Positions 27,515 through 39,888 of a stretch of 64,000 nucleotides of DNA are shown here, in pieces. Origin of the DNA: Eledone cirrhosa. Taxonomy: Eukaryota. Below the pieces are notes generated by a model, which made no database searches, had not been told where the DNA came from, and worked only from the letters and a program-made list of their open reading frames with translations. Location of the stretch: the NCBI GenBank assembly GCA_964016885.1, contig OZ024743.1:331328001-331392000 (forward strand), written 5' to 3'. The translations under genes were made by a program, and so were the position numbers. The first letter of the stretch is position 1; every line of letters starts with the position of its first letter.

Positions 27515-27812
27515 TATATCATCATCATCATACGTCCGCTTTTCCCTGCTTGCAAGGGTGGGATGGGTCCTATTCAGCACAGCATCTCTCCACTTGTCAC
27601 GGTCCTTCGTCATTGCCTCCATGAGTTTCAGCGATCTGAGGTCTGCTCTCACCACCTCCGCCCATGTTTTTCGTGGTCTTCCTCTACTGTGTCTTCCTTC
27701 TACTGGGATTTCTTGGCACTTCTTTACCCAGCGGTCATCCTCCATGCACATCACATGTCCATACCATCTCAGTCTTCTCTCCTGCATACCACAACTTATC
27801 CCTCTTATACAC
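27515..27812 (-). mobile_element. RTE-clade LINE 3' fragment
   Basis: ERRLRWYGHVMCM...RGRPRKTWAEVVRADL...DRDKWR plus (GAT)n tail, the typical RTE ORF C-terminus. Confidence 0.9.
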
Positions 27813-28028
27813 AGTTTCTTATATATATATATATTAATATATATAATATATATATTAGCATTAAATCATTCAGATCAGTACATACAATGACATCCATACA
27901 TTCATACTTTGTTTTGAATATATATATATATATGCATGTGTTATCGAATGTGTATAAAGGTCTGTAACTTACACTATATGTATTTATGAGTGTATCTGTG
28001 TATGTATGTGCAATATCTAATAAAAATT

Positions 28029-28062
<34 letters not shown>

Positions 28063-28544
28063 TGTACCTTTATGCATATGTGTGTGTGTGCGTGTGTATA
28101 TACACACACACACACAAACATTTGTATATACATAAGTAATATATCACCCTCATATTTAATGCCTTAGAAATGTCAAAGATCATAAAATTCTTTAAAAGGT
28201 CAAACAAAAATAATAATTCCATTTTTGCTAAACATCCTTATTTGAAAATGTGAAAATCATATTTTTTTTTTTTCAAAATTTGTGGCAAGAGCAAAGATGT
28301 GTTAAAAGCTGTTTCCATTTTCAACCAGAGCATAACATTAACTCTCAACATCCTGTAATTATTTAACAGAAAATATCTAAAAATGGGTTTCCTTATTCAA
28401 ATGTATGACACAAGCAAATTCAAGTGTATATAGAGTATCTTTAGTGGCAGACAGATTTTTGTAAAGAATTGTTGTATTAAAGACTTTCAGGCTTCTTCCC
28501 CACCCCATCCAAGTCCCCAACCCTTACCATAAAGTTGTCTCCCT

Positions 28545-28920
28545 GGAGCCTTGACATTAAGTACCCAATCCACTCTGTAAAGTGGTCGTGTAGGTGTCAC
28601 AACAAAAGTGCCCAATCCACTCTGTAAAGTGGTCGTGTAGGTGTCACAACAAAAGCGCCCAGTACACTCTGTAAAGTGGTCGTGTAGGTGTCACAACAAA
28701 AGCGCCCAGTCCACTCTGTAAAGTGGTCGTGTAGGTGTCATGACAAAAGCGTCCAATCCACTCTGTAAAGTGGTTGGCATTAGGAAGGGCATCCAACTGT
28801 AGAAAACAAGCCAAAATCAGTTCTATGTATGCGAATCAAGGTCCTCGGACCTGATCTCTCACAAAGGGACTGCCTGTCCTACCCATGCTAGGATGGAAGA
28901 TGGACATTAAACAATGACGA
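28545..28920 (+). mobile_element. SINE with an expanded internal 47-bp VNTR (~4.6 copies)
   Basis: cccaatccactctgtaaagtggtcgtgtaggtgtcacaacaaaag repeats, then the family 3' tail. Confidence 0.75.
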
Positions 28921-30194
28921 TAGAGCTTTGGTACTGTTTTGTATTTTTCAAGAATGTCTTCTGTATACAGTTTGTTAATTCAAATGTTTATAGTATCTTC
29001 ACTGGTGGTCAGAATTTTAGTAAAATGTGCAATCTTAGAGTAAAAACTAATCTTATTATGATGAAGGGCAGTGAATTGGCAGTATCGGTAGAGGGTTGGA
29101 CGCCATGCTTTCCAGCATAGTTACGTCCCTTTACGGTCTGAGTTCAAATCCCGTCGAGGTTAACTTTGCCTTTCATCCTTACGGGGTCGATAAAATAAAG
29201 TACCAGTAATGTACTGGGTGATTGCTGGCCTTGTGCCAAAAGTAGAAACAATTATGATGAAGCCGTAGTGCTGTTTTATACTTTACAAGAATGTCTTGCT
29301 AATGTGGTTCTATGCAGTATAGGACATTAAGAATTAATACATGGCTGTGTGATTAAGAAGTTTTCTTCACAATTATGTGGCTTTAACCTCAATCCCACAG
29401 CATGGTGACTTTGTCATAAAACTTGTGAGTAAAATCTGATTGATGGAAACTGTAAGAAAGTTCATTAGTGAGACTATCACTTCTTGGGTGCTAAACACCT
29501 CCTTTGTTGGTCTTCTAAATACAAACTTGGTGAAAAGCTGGTGTTAGCAACATAACAAAGATTCTGACATAAGATTATGATGGATGTTTTTTAAATATTT
29601 AAAAACTGTTTTAAGTTGTAGAAACAGGGGTGATTTGGAATCAAAAGGGTTCATTAATATTACTAAATATACATTGATATACTAGTCCCATTCCAAAAGA
29701 CAATAATTTGTCCATCTACATAAATTTTAAAACAATACTTTCGAGCCCCCCCCCCCCAATGGAGGGGGGGGGGGCGTTAATTTTTCTAGGTTGTTTCTAT
29801 TGATTTTTAAAAAACCAGAATTAGTCATTTAGTTTACATATTAAGACCCCACCCCATTCTATTTATTTTATAATTTATAGGATTTCTAGTAATGTACTTA
29901 TAATGTCTTTTAAATTTATAAAGAAAATTAATTGTCCAAGAATGGACACTTAAAATAAAATTTCACTGTAGATAGATTAGAAAAATTTAATAAGCAGGAA
30001 GTTTGGAATAAATGTGTGTGTGTGGGGGGGGGGGGGGTCTGAAAATTAATAAGTTGGGGGTGGACCATTATTCAAGACCCAAGAATAACTAACCTAGTCA
30101 AAGAAAATGTTAACATAATCTGCTATTAATAGCTCAACCTAGATGAAGTGACCAATTATAAGTTTGGTAAAATCAGAAAGATACATAGGAATCA

Positions 30195-30585
30195 GCCCAC
30201 CAAACACTGACCATGGTTCTACGGAGCAAGCCCACCAAACACTGACCATGGTTCTACGGAGCAAGGCCACCAAACACTGACCATGGTTCTACGGAGCAAG
30301 CCCACCAAACACTGACCATGGTTCTACGGAGCAAGCCCACCAAACACTGACCATGGTTCTACGGAGCAAGCCCACCAAACACTGACCATGGTTCTACGGA
30401 GCAAGGCCACCAAACACTGACCATGGTTCTACGGAGCAAGCCCACCAAACACTGACCATGGTTCTACGGAGCAAGCCCACCAAACACTGACCATGGTTCT
30501 ACGGAGCAAGCCCACCAAACACTGACCATGGTTCTACGGAGCAAGCCCACCAAACACTGACCATGGTTCTACGGAGCAAGCCCAC
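30195..30585. repeat. 35-bp minisatellite, ~11 copies
   Basis: cccaccaaacactgaccatggttctacggagcaag, no spacers. Confidence 0.95.
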
Positions 30586-31029
30586 TTATTTTAAAAGGCT
30601 GCTATTAAAGTTAGAACTTTCCAACATAATTTTACTTTTGTTAAATTAGTGTTACAAATGTCATCTTTAATAATTAACAACTTTAATAAATCCCTCCTAA
30701 TTCTTCGTTAATTAATCCAAATATGGTGTAAATCATTAGATTTACAGTAATGAAAGGGATGTTATTTGCCCAAAGGCACAGTTCTTCTGACAGAGCCCCT
30801 TGTGGAGAGAGAGAAGGTAGTGGGGCTATGTTCCCCTACAGTCACCACCACCCCCACATACTAACCTAAATTCAGAAACCACTGCCTTCAAGGATAATAA
30901 ACAGTGATAAGAGGAATGCAAATGTGAATGTGTGAAAGAGAGAAGAGTGTGAGCAAAAGAGAGGGGCATGAGAAAGAGAAAGAGAGAGAATAAACAGAAC
31001 TAAGAAGCCTGGTTGTGATAGGGGGGGGG

Positions 31030-31950
31030 GGGCTGATGGCAGTGGTGGTGTTAGTAGTGGTTGTGGTGGCAGTGGTGGTAGTGGTGTTGGTTATAGTGAT
31101 GGTGGCAGTGGTAATGGTGGTGGTGTCAGTGGTAGTCATGTTGGTTATGGTAATGGTGGTGGTAGCAGTGGTAATGGTGATGGTGGTGATGGCGGTGGTA
31201 GCAGTGGTGGTGGTGGTAGTTATGGTGGTGGTAGCAGTGGTAATGGTGATGGTGGTGGTGGTAGCAGTGGTAATGGTGATGGTGATGGTGGTGGTGGTAG
31301 CAGTGGTAATGGTGATGGTGGTGGTGCTGTTAGCTGTGGTAATGGTGGTAGTGCAGGCCATAGTAGTGGTGGTGGTGGTGGTGCTGTTAGCTGTGGTAAT
31401 GGTGGTAGTGCAGGCCATAGTAGTGGTGATGGTGGTGGTGCTGTTAGCTGTGGTAATGGTGGTAGTGCAGGCCATAGTAGTGGTGGTGGTGGTGGTGCTG
31501 TTAGCTGTGGTAATGGTGGTAGTGCAGGCCATAGTAGTGGTGGTGGTGGTGGTGGTACTGTTAGCTGTGGTAATGGTGGTAGTGCAGGCCATAGTAGTGG
31601 TGATGGTGGTGGTGCTGTTAGCTGTGGTAATGGTGGTAGTGCAGGCCATAGTAGTGGTGGTGGTGGTGGTGGTGCTGTTAGCTGTGGTAATGGTGGTAGT
31701 GCAGGCCATAGTAGTGGTGATGGTGGTGGTGCTGTTAGCTGTGGTAATGGTGGTAGTGCAGGCCATAGTAGTGGTGGTGGTGGTGGTGCTGTTAGCTGTG
31801 GTAATGGTGGTAGTGCAGGCCATAGTAGTGGTGGTGGTGGTGGTGCTGTTAGCTGTGGTAATGGTGGTAGTGCAGGCCATAGTAGTGGTGGTGGTGGTGG
31901 TGCTGTTAGCTGTGGTAATGGTGGTAGTGCAGGCCATAGTAGTGGTGGTG
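31030..31950. repeat. (GGT)-derived tract grading into a 57/60-bp tandem repeat (~11 copies)
   Basis: gctgttagctgtggtaatggtggtagtgcaggccatagtagt(ggt)n. The minus frame reads MACTTTITTANSTTTTTTT. Confidence 0.92.
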
Positions 31951-32652
31951 TGTGTAGTATACTCTAAATCTCAAGAACTCAACAGCCCCCCAACAAAAAA
32001 GTTCCTGTAAAGCTGTGACTGCCTGAAACTATTTATCAGCTGGAATCTCAAAGAAATATTAAGAACATAACTGTAGTAGCAGCAACAGCAGGGAATTATG
32101 TGTGTGTGACTGTGTATATGTGTGTGTATATGTGTGTGTGCGTGCGTGTGTGCAAATATATACATATATATATGCACACGTACACACACACACATATATA
32201 TATATATATTTATATTTATATATATTTATATATATATTTATATATATATATACATACACATACATATGTGTAAATATAGGCATATACATATGTATATAAA
32301 CACACACATATATACACATACATACAATGTGTGTATATAGAAACCTCCAATGCAACAACAACAATGATGTAAATATAATATGAAGAATGAAAACAAATAT
32401 AGCCACCCTCACAATATATTTGTCAAATAAGATAGTTTAAGGCTACACACATCAGTTACTAGTGTTTATATATATCATCATCATCATCATTTTACGTCCG
32501 CTCTTCCCTGCTTGCATATATAGATATGTATGTATATATATATATAGATATGTATATATATATATATATACACTATATATACATATACATACATATTTAT
32601 ATATATACATATCTATATATATATATATATACATATCTATATATATATATAC

Positions 32653-32943
32653 ATGGTGGCTGCCAACTCGTTTTCGAGTACGGCCACTACTTTATATCCA
32701 TGTAGGAGAACCCCTACCGATGCGCTGAACGAGTGTGACTTTTTAGTCCAGCCAGCGACTTGAAAACTCTAGTACAAACACTACACCTGCGACAATTATT
32801 GACACATAGTGCTGGGCCCTTGGTACCATGTGACGACAAGTGCAGAGAGATCTCCAGATATAAAGCAATGCCTGTGCTGTGAAGCTTTTATAGTGAGCAA
32901 AGGCACTGCACAAAGCCAGTCCCACTCTCTTAACCAAGATGAT
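32653..32943 (-). mobile_element. 5'-truncated copy of the element at 44227-44820
   Basis: Near-identical reverse complement of 44545-44820. Confidence 0.8.
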
Positions 32944-32964
32944 ATATACATATATATCTATATA

Positions 32965-33260
32965 TCATCATCATCATCATCATCAACGTTTAACGTCCGT
33001 GTTCCACGCTTGCATGGGTTTGGACGGGGGTATTCCCACTTGAGGCAAGAGTGATTGTCTTGCTCGCATAGGACTGTCTGGCAGGTTTTCTACAGTTGGA
33101 TGCCTTTCCTAACACCAACCACATTTACAGTGTGGGTCTGGGAGGTTTTTACCGTGTTGCCTACACGGCCACATTACAGCATGGACTGTGTGTTTTTTTG
33201 TCGTGACACCTACACGATCTCATTTGTTTCGGCCTGGATGGCGCGGCACCAACATAACTT
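32965..33260 (-). mobile_element. SINE 3' part with RTE-type tail
   Basis: Reverse complement of the 20875-21123 family. Confidence 0.8.
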
Positions 33261-33520
33261 TACATAGAACGGGGTGGTGTGGATGGGGTGGGGGTGGTGG
33301 GACGGGGTGTATTTTGTTAGAGATGCCTACTGGCTGTAGTAGGTTTTACTATGTATTTAGGTAAGGCGGGTCTTCTCTGTTACTGAGTACCGCCAAAGGT
33401 CTCGGTCCAGTGACATTTATACATACATATCTATATCTATATATATATACATACATATCTATATATATACATACATATCTATATATATATATATATACAT
33501 ACATATCTATATATATATAT

Positions 33521-34325
33521 ATGATAATAATGATGGCTGCGCGTTGCAAATGGTGGTGCATATGAAAAAGTAAGTCCTTCATCAGTGACCCTCCAACCGT
33601 CCCAGGCATTTCATCGCTTTAAGGGCCATATGCCTCAGGTTGGTGCGAACAACGGCTAAAAAAAGTCGTTGGGACACGTAAATAAAGGGGACGTTAGGGT
33701 AACAAACAAAATGGTTTAAGCAACGGAAAGTGAGAAGAAATAGACAAGTCCCAGATCTCTATGAATATAAACTCGGTGAAATCGTGAACAAGAGACAAAA
33801 GACCATCAAACCTGGTTGAAATGTGAGCAAGGAAGGAATTTCACACAGGTCTAACGGGGGGGAAGAAAAAGTAGAAGAAGAAGAAGAAGAAGAAGAAGAA
33901 GAAGAAGAAGAAGAAGGGGTCTGGTCTACGAATTCGGTAAACATAAGTTTTGTGAAGTCGCAGACGAGAGAGAGAGAAAAAAATTCCATACCAGCTTGAC
34001 CAAGACTGCGCGAGAAAAGAATTACACACAGGTAGACTTGAAGGAGGGGGAGGAAAGAGGAGGAGGAGGAGAGGTAGTGACAGAGAATGAGTGAGTGAAA
34101 GTTGAGGAGGTGGCTAACAGAGAGAGAGACTGCTAGAAAGGGTAAAAGGTACAAAGAACGAGAAAGGGTAAAAGGTACAAAGAACGAAACAGACGGGTGG
34201 CAGCAGAAGAAAAATTATGTGTAAATATGATAATAATGATGGCTGCGCGTTGCAAATGGTGGTGCATATGAAAAAGTAAGTCCTTCATCAGTGACCCTCC
34301 AACCGTCCCAGGCATTTCATCGCTT
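33521..34325. mobile_element. ~805-bp unit with identical 99-bp terminal direct repeats (706-bp period) inside TA-rich microsatellite
   Basis: 33521-33619 = 34227-34325. No TG..CA ends and no ORF. Confidence 0.7.
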
Positions 34326-34604
34326 ATACATACATATCTATATCTATATATATATATAAATACATATCTATATATATATACATATCTATATATATACATA
34401 CATATCTATATATATATTAGAAAGTGAGGTTTTTTTTACAAAATGAAAAATAACCGAGGTGTCCTACACGAGTGAAAGTATAAAGGAAAAAAGATGAAAT
34501 CGAAAATGCAACTGGAGTCTTATTTTTAAAAAAATATATATATTTATTTGGTTCCTTTACCGGTTTCGCAGTTCTTCTGCTTTTGAAAAGTAGACTTGAG
34601 ATGG

Positions 34605-35287
34605 TGAATGAATGGATAGATAGACAGGTAGATGGATGGGTGAATGAATGGATAGATAGACAGGTAGATGGATGGGTGAATGAATGGATAGATAGACAGG
34701 TAGATGGATGGGTGAATGAATGGATAGATAGACAGGTAGATGGATGGGTGAATGAATGGATAGATAGACAGGTAGATGGATGGGTGAATGAATGGATAGA
34801 TAGACAGGTAGATGGATGGGTGAATGAATGGATAGATAGACAGGTAGATGGATGGGTGAATGAATGGATAGATAGACAGGTAGATGGATGGGTGAATGAA
34901 TGGATAGATAGACAGGTAGATGGATGGGTGAATGAATGGATAGATAGACAGGTAGATGGATGGGTGAATGAATGGATAGATAGACAGGTAGATGGATGGG
35001 TGAATGAATGGATAGATAGACAGGTAGATGGATGGGTGAATGAATGGATAGATAGACAGGTAGATGGATGGGTGAATGAATGGATAGATAGACAGGTAGA
35101 TGGATGGGTGAATGAATGGATAGATAGACAGGTAGATGGATGGGTGAATGAATGGATAGATAGACAGGTAGATGGATGGGTGAATGAATGGATAGATAGA
35201 CAGGTAGATGGATGGGTGAATGAATGGATAGATAGACAGGTAGATGGATGGGTGAATGAATGGATAGATAGACAGGTAGATGGATGG
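34605..35287. repeat. 36-bp perfect minisatellite (~19 copies) built from GATG/GAAT/GATA tetramers
   Basis: gatgggtgaatgaatggatagatagacaggtagatg. Confidence 0.97.
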
Positions 35288-35984
35288 AATATGAAAAAAT
35301 AAGAAAGAGTGAAATCATGGAAGGAGAGAAAATATAAGGAACAAAAAGGATGGAATGAAACAAAGAAGAATAGAAAGCATGAAAACAAAAAGGAAAGAAT
35401 GAAGGAAAAACCTTTCCTTCCTATAAAGTCCATCACCTGGTGGGTACCTCCTTCTCCTACCTGTTACAGTAAAGTCCCTCATCTGGTGTAGGGATGGTAC
35501 CTCCTTCTCCCACCTGGTGTAGTTGATGGTATCTCCCCCTCCCACATGTTACAGTAAAGTCCCTCATCTGGTGTAGGTGATGGTAGACCTGCAGTATAAT
35601 CTCTCCTCTACCCCCCCCCCCCGTTACACTGAAGTCCCTCACCTAGTATAGAGGATGTTAGACACTGTCAATATAACCCCCACCCCACTGTTGCCTGGTC
35701 TAGGTGATGCTATACCCTCCCTCCTGTTACAGTGAGGTATGTCATTCACTTGGAACACCATATGTTGTGACCCCTTCTCACATGTCAACCTCATGGCTTC
35801 AGCTATAAACCCAACTGTTGCTGGCCAATAGTCTGAAACATAGCAGAGCAGAAGGTGATCAAATGTTTGTCATAAACAGACAGATTTTATTTTGTGCCAA
35901 TCACTATTAAAACCTTTCTGATCTTCCTTATAGAGGCTGCTGATTTTCCTATGCTGAATTGGGATGAAGAGGACCGTGGGGTAA

Positions 35985-36400
35985 TATAGTTGATGTAGTG
36001 GGCATCGCTGGCTATTTTATAATGTATTTATGCCCAAAGAAGTAGGATCATGGTGTAAAATGGCTGGTGTAGTGGGTGTTGCTGGCCAGTTTATGTCGCA
36101 ACCTTTTCACTATCTTGTCTTCAGGCTGCAGGAGATATATACTGCCCAGCCAAGGGTGCAGATTTCACTCAGAAAGTTCGGAATGGCTGATGTAGTGGGT
36201 GTCACTGGCTATTTTATATCACAATCCTTTCACTATCTTGTCTTCAGGCTGCAGGAGATATATACTGCCCAGCCAAGGGTGCAGATTTCACCCTGAAACT
36301 CGGAATGGCTGATGTAGTGGGTGTCACTGGCTGTTCTTTACAGCAATGCTTGCATCATCTTGTCTAATGTGCACAGTTAAAATATACTTCCCACCAAAGA
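35985..36400. repeat. ~123-bp tandem repeat x ~3
   Basis: atggctgatgtagtgggtgtcactggc at 36060, 36183 and 36306. Confidence 0.85.
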
Positions 36401-36611
36401 GTGTAGAGTTTGCTACCTTCCTATTTTTTTATTTTGTTGTATTTTTTTTATCTTACTTTAAAGTATGTTTTGTTTTGCTAATATGCTAATATTTTTATTA
36501 TATTAATAAAGATTTTATAAAAATAAATAATAATTGTCTGTAGTCAGCAAACAATCATTTCATGAAGTGCCTGGGAAAATTGAAATTTCAAGCTTGTGAA
36601 AGCTGCTGCAA

Positions 36612-36832
36612 TACAAGGGCGTACGTAATAGTTCCTGGCTTGATTGTTGCTACAGAGGCCTGATTGGAGGCCCAACCTTCTGAGTTCTTTTTACAGGGCT
36701 TAGAAAAACTGAAGGGCCACTACAATAAGTGTGTGAATCTGGGAGGGAAATATGTTGAATAAAATCATAATTAACTAATACTCCTGCATTTTCTTTTACG
36801 CAAAGTCAGGAACTTTTTAGCACCCAATCATA
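36612..36832 (+). mobile_element. Non-autonomous mariner element
   Basis: TA-flanked imperfect TIRs (..agttcctggctt / aagtcaggaactt..). Internal GLEKLKGHYNKCVNLGGKYVE* resembles the mariner transposase C-terminus. Confidence 0.75.
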
Positions 36833-36837
36833 CAAGT

Positions 36838-37592
36838 TTAACCCTGTAGCATTTACATTACTCTATATTTACTATTATATTTTCATGGTAAACACTTTAC
36901 CTCAAATAATTATCTCACATAATATCGAATCTAGGAGATTTTTATATTATTTATGTTGAGAATAATACCTTAACATAAAGCTGAGCAGCCGGTTACAGCC
37001 AGTTTATATCTATCTATCTAAGGCGGGTAAAATTCCCGAGATCCATGGACGAGTTCTCTCCAGCGGTCTCTGTCCCTCATTATCGCTGCCATGTCCTGCG
37101 TCTCCAACAGAGCAGTGTCTCACCTTAGGGCATCAACATACGTTAACCTTGGTCTTCCTCTTCTAGTGTGTCCATGTAGGGGCTCCCAAAGGAGTACTGA
37201 GTGCAATGTCAACTCTGGATGTCGGTGAGCATGTCCAGCTAACCTCAGTCTCCTCTGTGTCACTTTTGAGCTGACTTTTGTATTTGGGAGCAAAGATTGG
37301 GAATACGGAAGATGATGTGGTTGAGAGGAAGAGCAAGGCCTGGGCGGCGTGCCACAGCTTGAGATCGGTGTGGAAGTCGGACCTTTGTAGAGACCTGAAA
37401 ATCTGCCTCTTCATTGCTGTAGTGGAGTCTGTGCTGCTGTATGGGTCTGAGACTTGGACACTGACCAAGAAACTCACTCAGATGGTGGATGGGTGCTACA
37501 CGAGAATGCTGAGGATGGCTCTGAACATTAATCAGTATACACTGAGGATGAAAAACTCAGAGCTGTATGGGAGTTTATATGCTAAAGGTTAA
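36838..37592. mobile_element. piggyBac-like MITE interrupted by an RTE LINE
   Basis: ttaaccctgtagcattt ... atgctaaaggttaa. Inverted paralog of 24309-24531. Confidence 0.65.
37005..37577 (-). mobile_element. RTE-clade LINE, 5'-truncated and 5'-inverted
   Basis: Minus 37280-37020: KVSSKVTQRRLRLAGHAHRHPE...RGRPRLTYVD...DRDRWREL plus (TAGA)n tail. Plus 37281-37577: YLGAKI...SVLLYGSETWTLTK...NSELYGSL. Confidence 0.9.
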
Positions 37593-38925
37593 ATATAATA
37601 GAAAGAATCTGTAGTTGAGGAAGACCAAGGAAGACCTGAGGAAACATGATGAGAACAGATCCAAAATTGCTAAAGCTAACAGAAATGAAGAAGGAACATA
37701 GGAAGTAGAGGGAAGCTGTACTGGGAAAGTACAAGAAAGGTAAAATGGACATAAAATTTGATTTAGATACAAGGTCAACAATTTTGAGGGGAATGGAATG
37801 TCAATTAAATTGACCACAGTTCTTTACTAGTACTTTATTTTATCAAGCCCCCCCCCCCCATAATGATGAAAGGCAAACTAATCTTTGGGTGGGGTGAGGT
37901 GGGGTGAGGTGGGGATTTGAACTCAGAACATAAAGGGATGTGACTATATGCTGCAAAACATGTTATTCGGTGCTCTACCGATACTGCCAATCCACCACCT
38001 TTACAGAATAATGGTTTGTGATTTAGACACAAGCCAACAATTTTTGGAGAGGGGAAAGTCAATTAAATTGACCCCAATGTGTTACTGGTACTCTATTTTA
38101 TCAACTCCCATAAGGTTGAAAGTCAAAGCTAACCCCAGTGACACGCCGAACGCCATAATAATGATAAAAGTAGTTATTTTGCTAAATTCCTCCAAATTCT
38201 TCATCAGTGTCAAAATGTATTCAAACATACACAGGACTGTATTTCATTAGAAACTTAGTAATGAGAGGGTTAATTATAGTTAATTACAAATACTGGTTCC
38301 TTGGTGTCTAATTAAGACAAACTTACGAAATATGTGAAGTATATTTCAACAATATGTTGTTTTGTAAATATAATTCATGTGGAACATAGACGTTAAACGA
38401 TGATGATGATGATGTCAAAGACAACATTTAATACATTTAAACAAAATGTTACAAGCAACAGCAACAACATTAATAACAACAACAGTAGTAGCAGCAGCAA
38501 TAGTAGTAGCAGTTATTTTTGTTATTAGGGATATGGATTGACAAAGTTATTAAAGTATTTGTTCCAGCTTTTTATGTTCTGAGTTCAAATCCCACCAAGG
38601 TTAACCAAAGTACCAGTCATGAACTGGAGTCAATATAAACAACTACCTCACCCAACCTCACCAGAAGTGTTTGTCTTATTTTATGACACCTGAGGATGGT
38701 GGATTGGCAGAATTGTTAGAGCATCGGACAGATGCTTTGTGATATATGTTATGGTTCGCTACATTTTGAGGTTAAACACTGCTGAGGTCAACTTTGCCTT
38801 TCATCCTTTCAGGGAGCAATAAAATAAAATACCTGTCACATACTTGGGTCAATTTAGTCAACTTTACTCTCTGCCAAATTATTGGCCTTGCGCCTAAATT
38901 ATAAATTTTTGATTATATGACAAGT

Positions 38926-39190
38926 GGAGATACATGGCCAAGTGGTAAGGATGCTGGACTTACGATCATAATGTTGTGGGTTCAATTCCTGGACTAGGTT
39001 GTGTGTTGTGTTCTTAGGCAAAACACTTCATTTCACATTGCTCCTGTATACTCAACTGAAAATGAGTACCAGTAATAGCTGGTGTTCTGTCCAGCGAGGA
39101 GTCTTGTACTCTCAGTTGCTTCATGCCACAGAAAGCAGGAGAAGCACTGACCTGATGAACCTCTGTACTTGAGACAAACTTATGACTTAG
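38926..39190 (+). mobile_element. CORE-like tRNA SINE
   Basis: A box tggccaagtgg, B box ggttcaattcc, CORE-like body. Confidence 0.7.
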
Positions 39191-39194
39191 ATTA

Positions 39195-39585
39195 TATGAC
39201 ACCTGTGTGAGAGCCCAATGCTGCATGGACAGTGAATGTGGACAATATGTAAAGATAGGACAGGAATGTATTAAGCATGTTCTGATAAAAACACAGAAGA
39301 ACTGAGAGAAAAGCTTGAAGGATATGTGATGTGTATGGATATGATGATGTGATGTTTTCAGTGAAGAAATGCCAGAAATTCACAAGTGGAAAGATGCTGT
39401 GAAAGAGGAAAACTAGGGCTGAAGTGATGAGAACTGATCTTAAATAACAGAACATCATAGAAGAGATGACAACGGAATGCATCAAGTGAAGGGAAGGTCT
39501 GTTGGAGAAAGCATGCCCAACCCATGCAGACAAAGAAAAACAGACATAAAAAAACAATAGTGATGATGATGATAATGATGATGAC
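39195..39585 (+). mobile_element. Degraded RTE LINE 3' fragment
   Basis: Aligns by eye to 52700-53170 (catgtgatgtgtatgga..., gtgaagaaatgccag, (GAT)n). Confidence 0.65.
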
Positions 39586-39834
39586 CATTGTGGTTATTTT
39601 TTTTTTTGTTATTTTTTTTTCTTTCCCATCTCTATCTGCACTGAAAGTGATTTCAACAGAACTAAAACATTAAAACACTTGTGTTTGTAAACCAAATTAA
39701 ATTAAAACAATGTGAACATTGAAAACTAAGATAGTCAAAAATAAATAAATATATATATATATATACACACATATATATGTACATATAGTTTTATATATAT
39801 ATATATGCATATATAGTCATATATATATACACAT

Positions 39835-39888
<54 letters not shown>

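Noticed and set aside
30195-30585. CRISPR-like 35-bp repeats
   Set aside because: Units are contiguous with no spacers, there are no cas genes, and the context is eukaryotic.
33560-33640. Canonical hammerhead or SECIS around the minus-strand CTGATGA
   Set aside because: No stem II/GAAA in a valid order, and the SECIS upper stem pairs poorly. Kept only as a generic structured-RNA candidate.
34417-35436. Long ORFs in three frames over the 36-bp repeat
   Set aside because: Tetranucleotide-derived minisatellite, open by chance of unit length.
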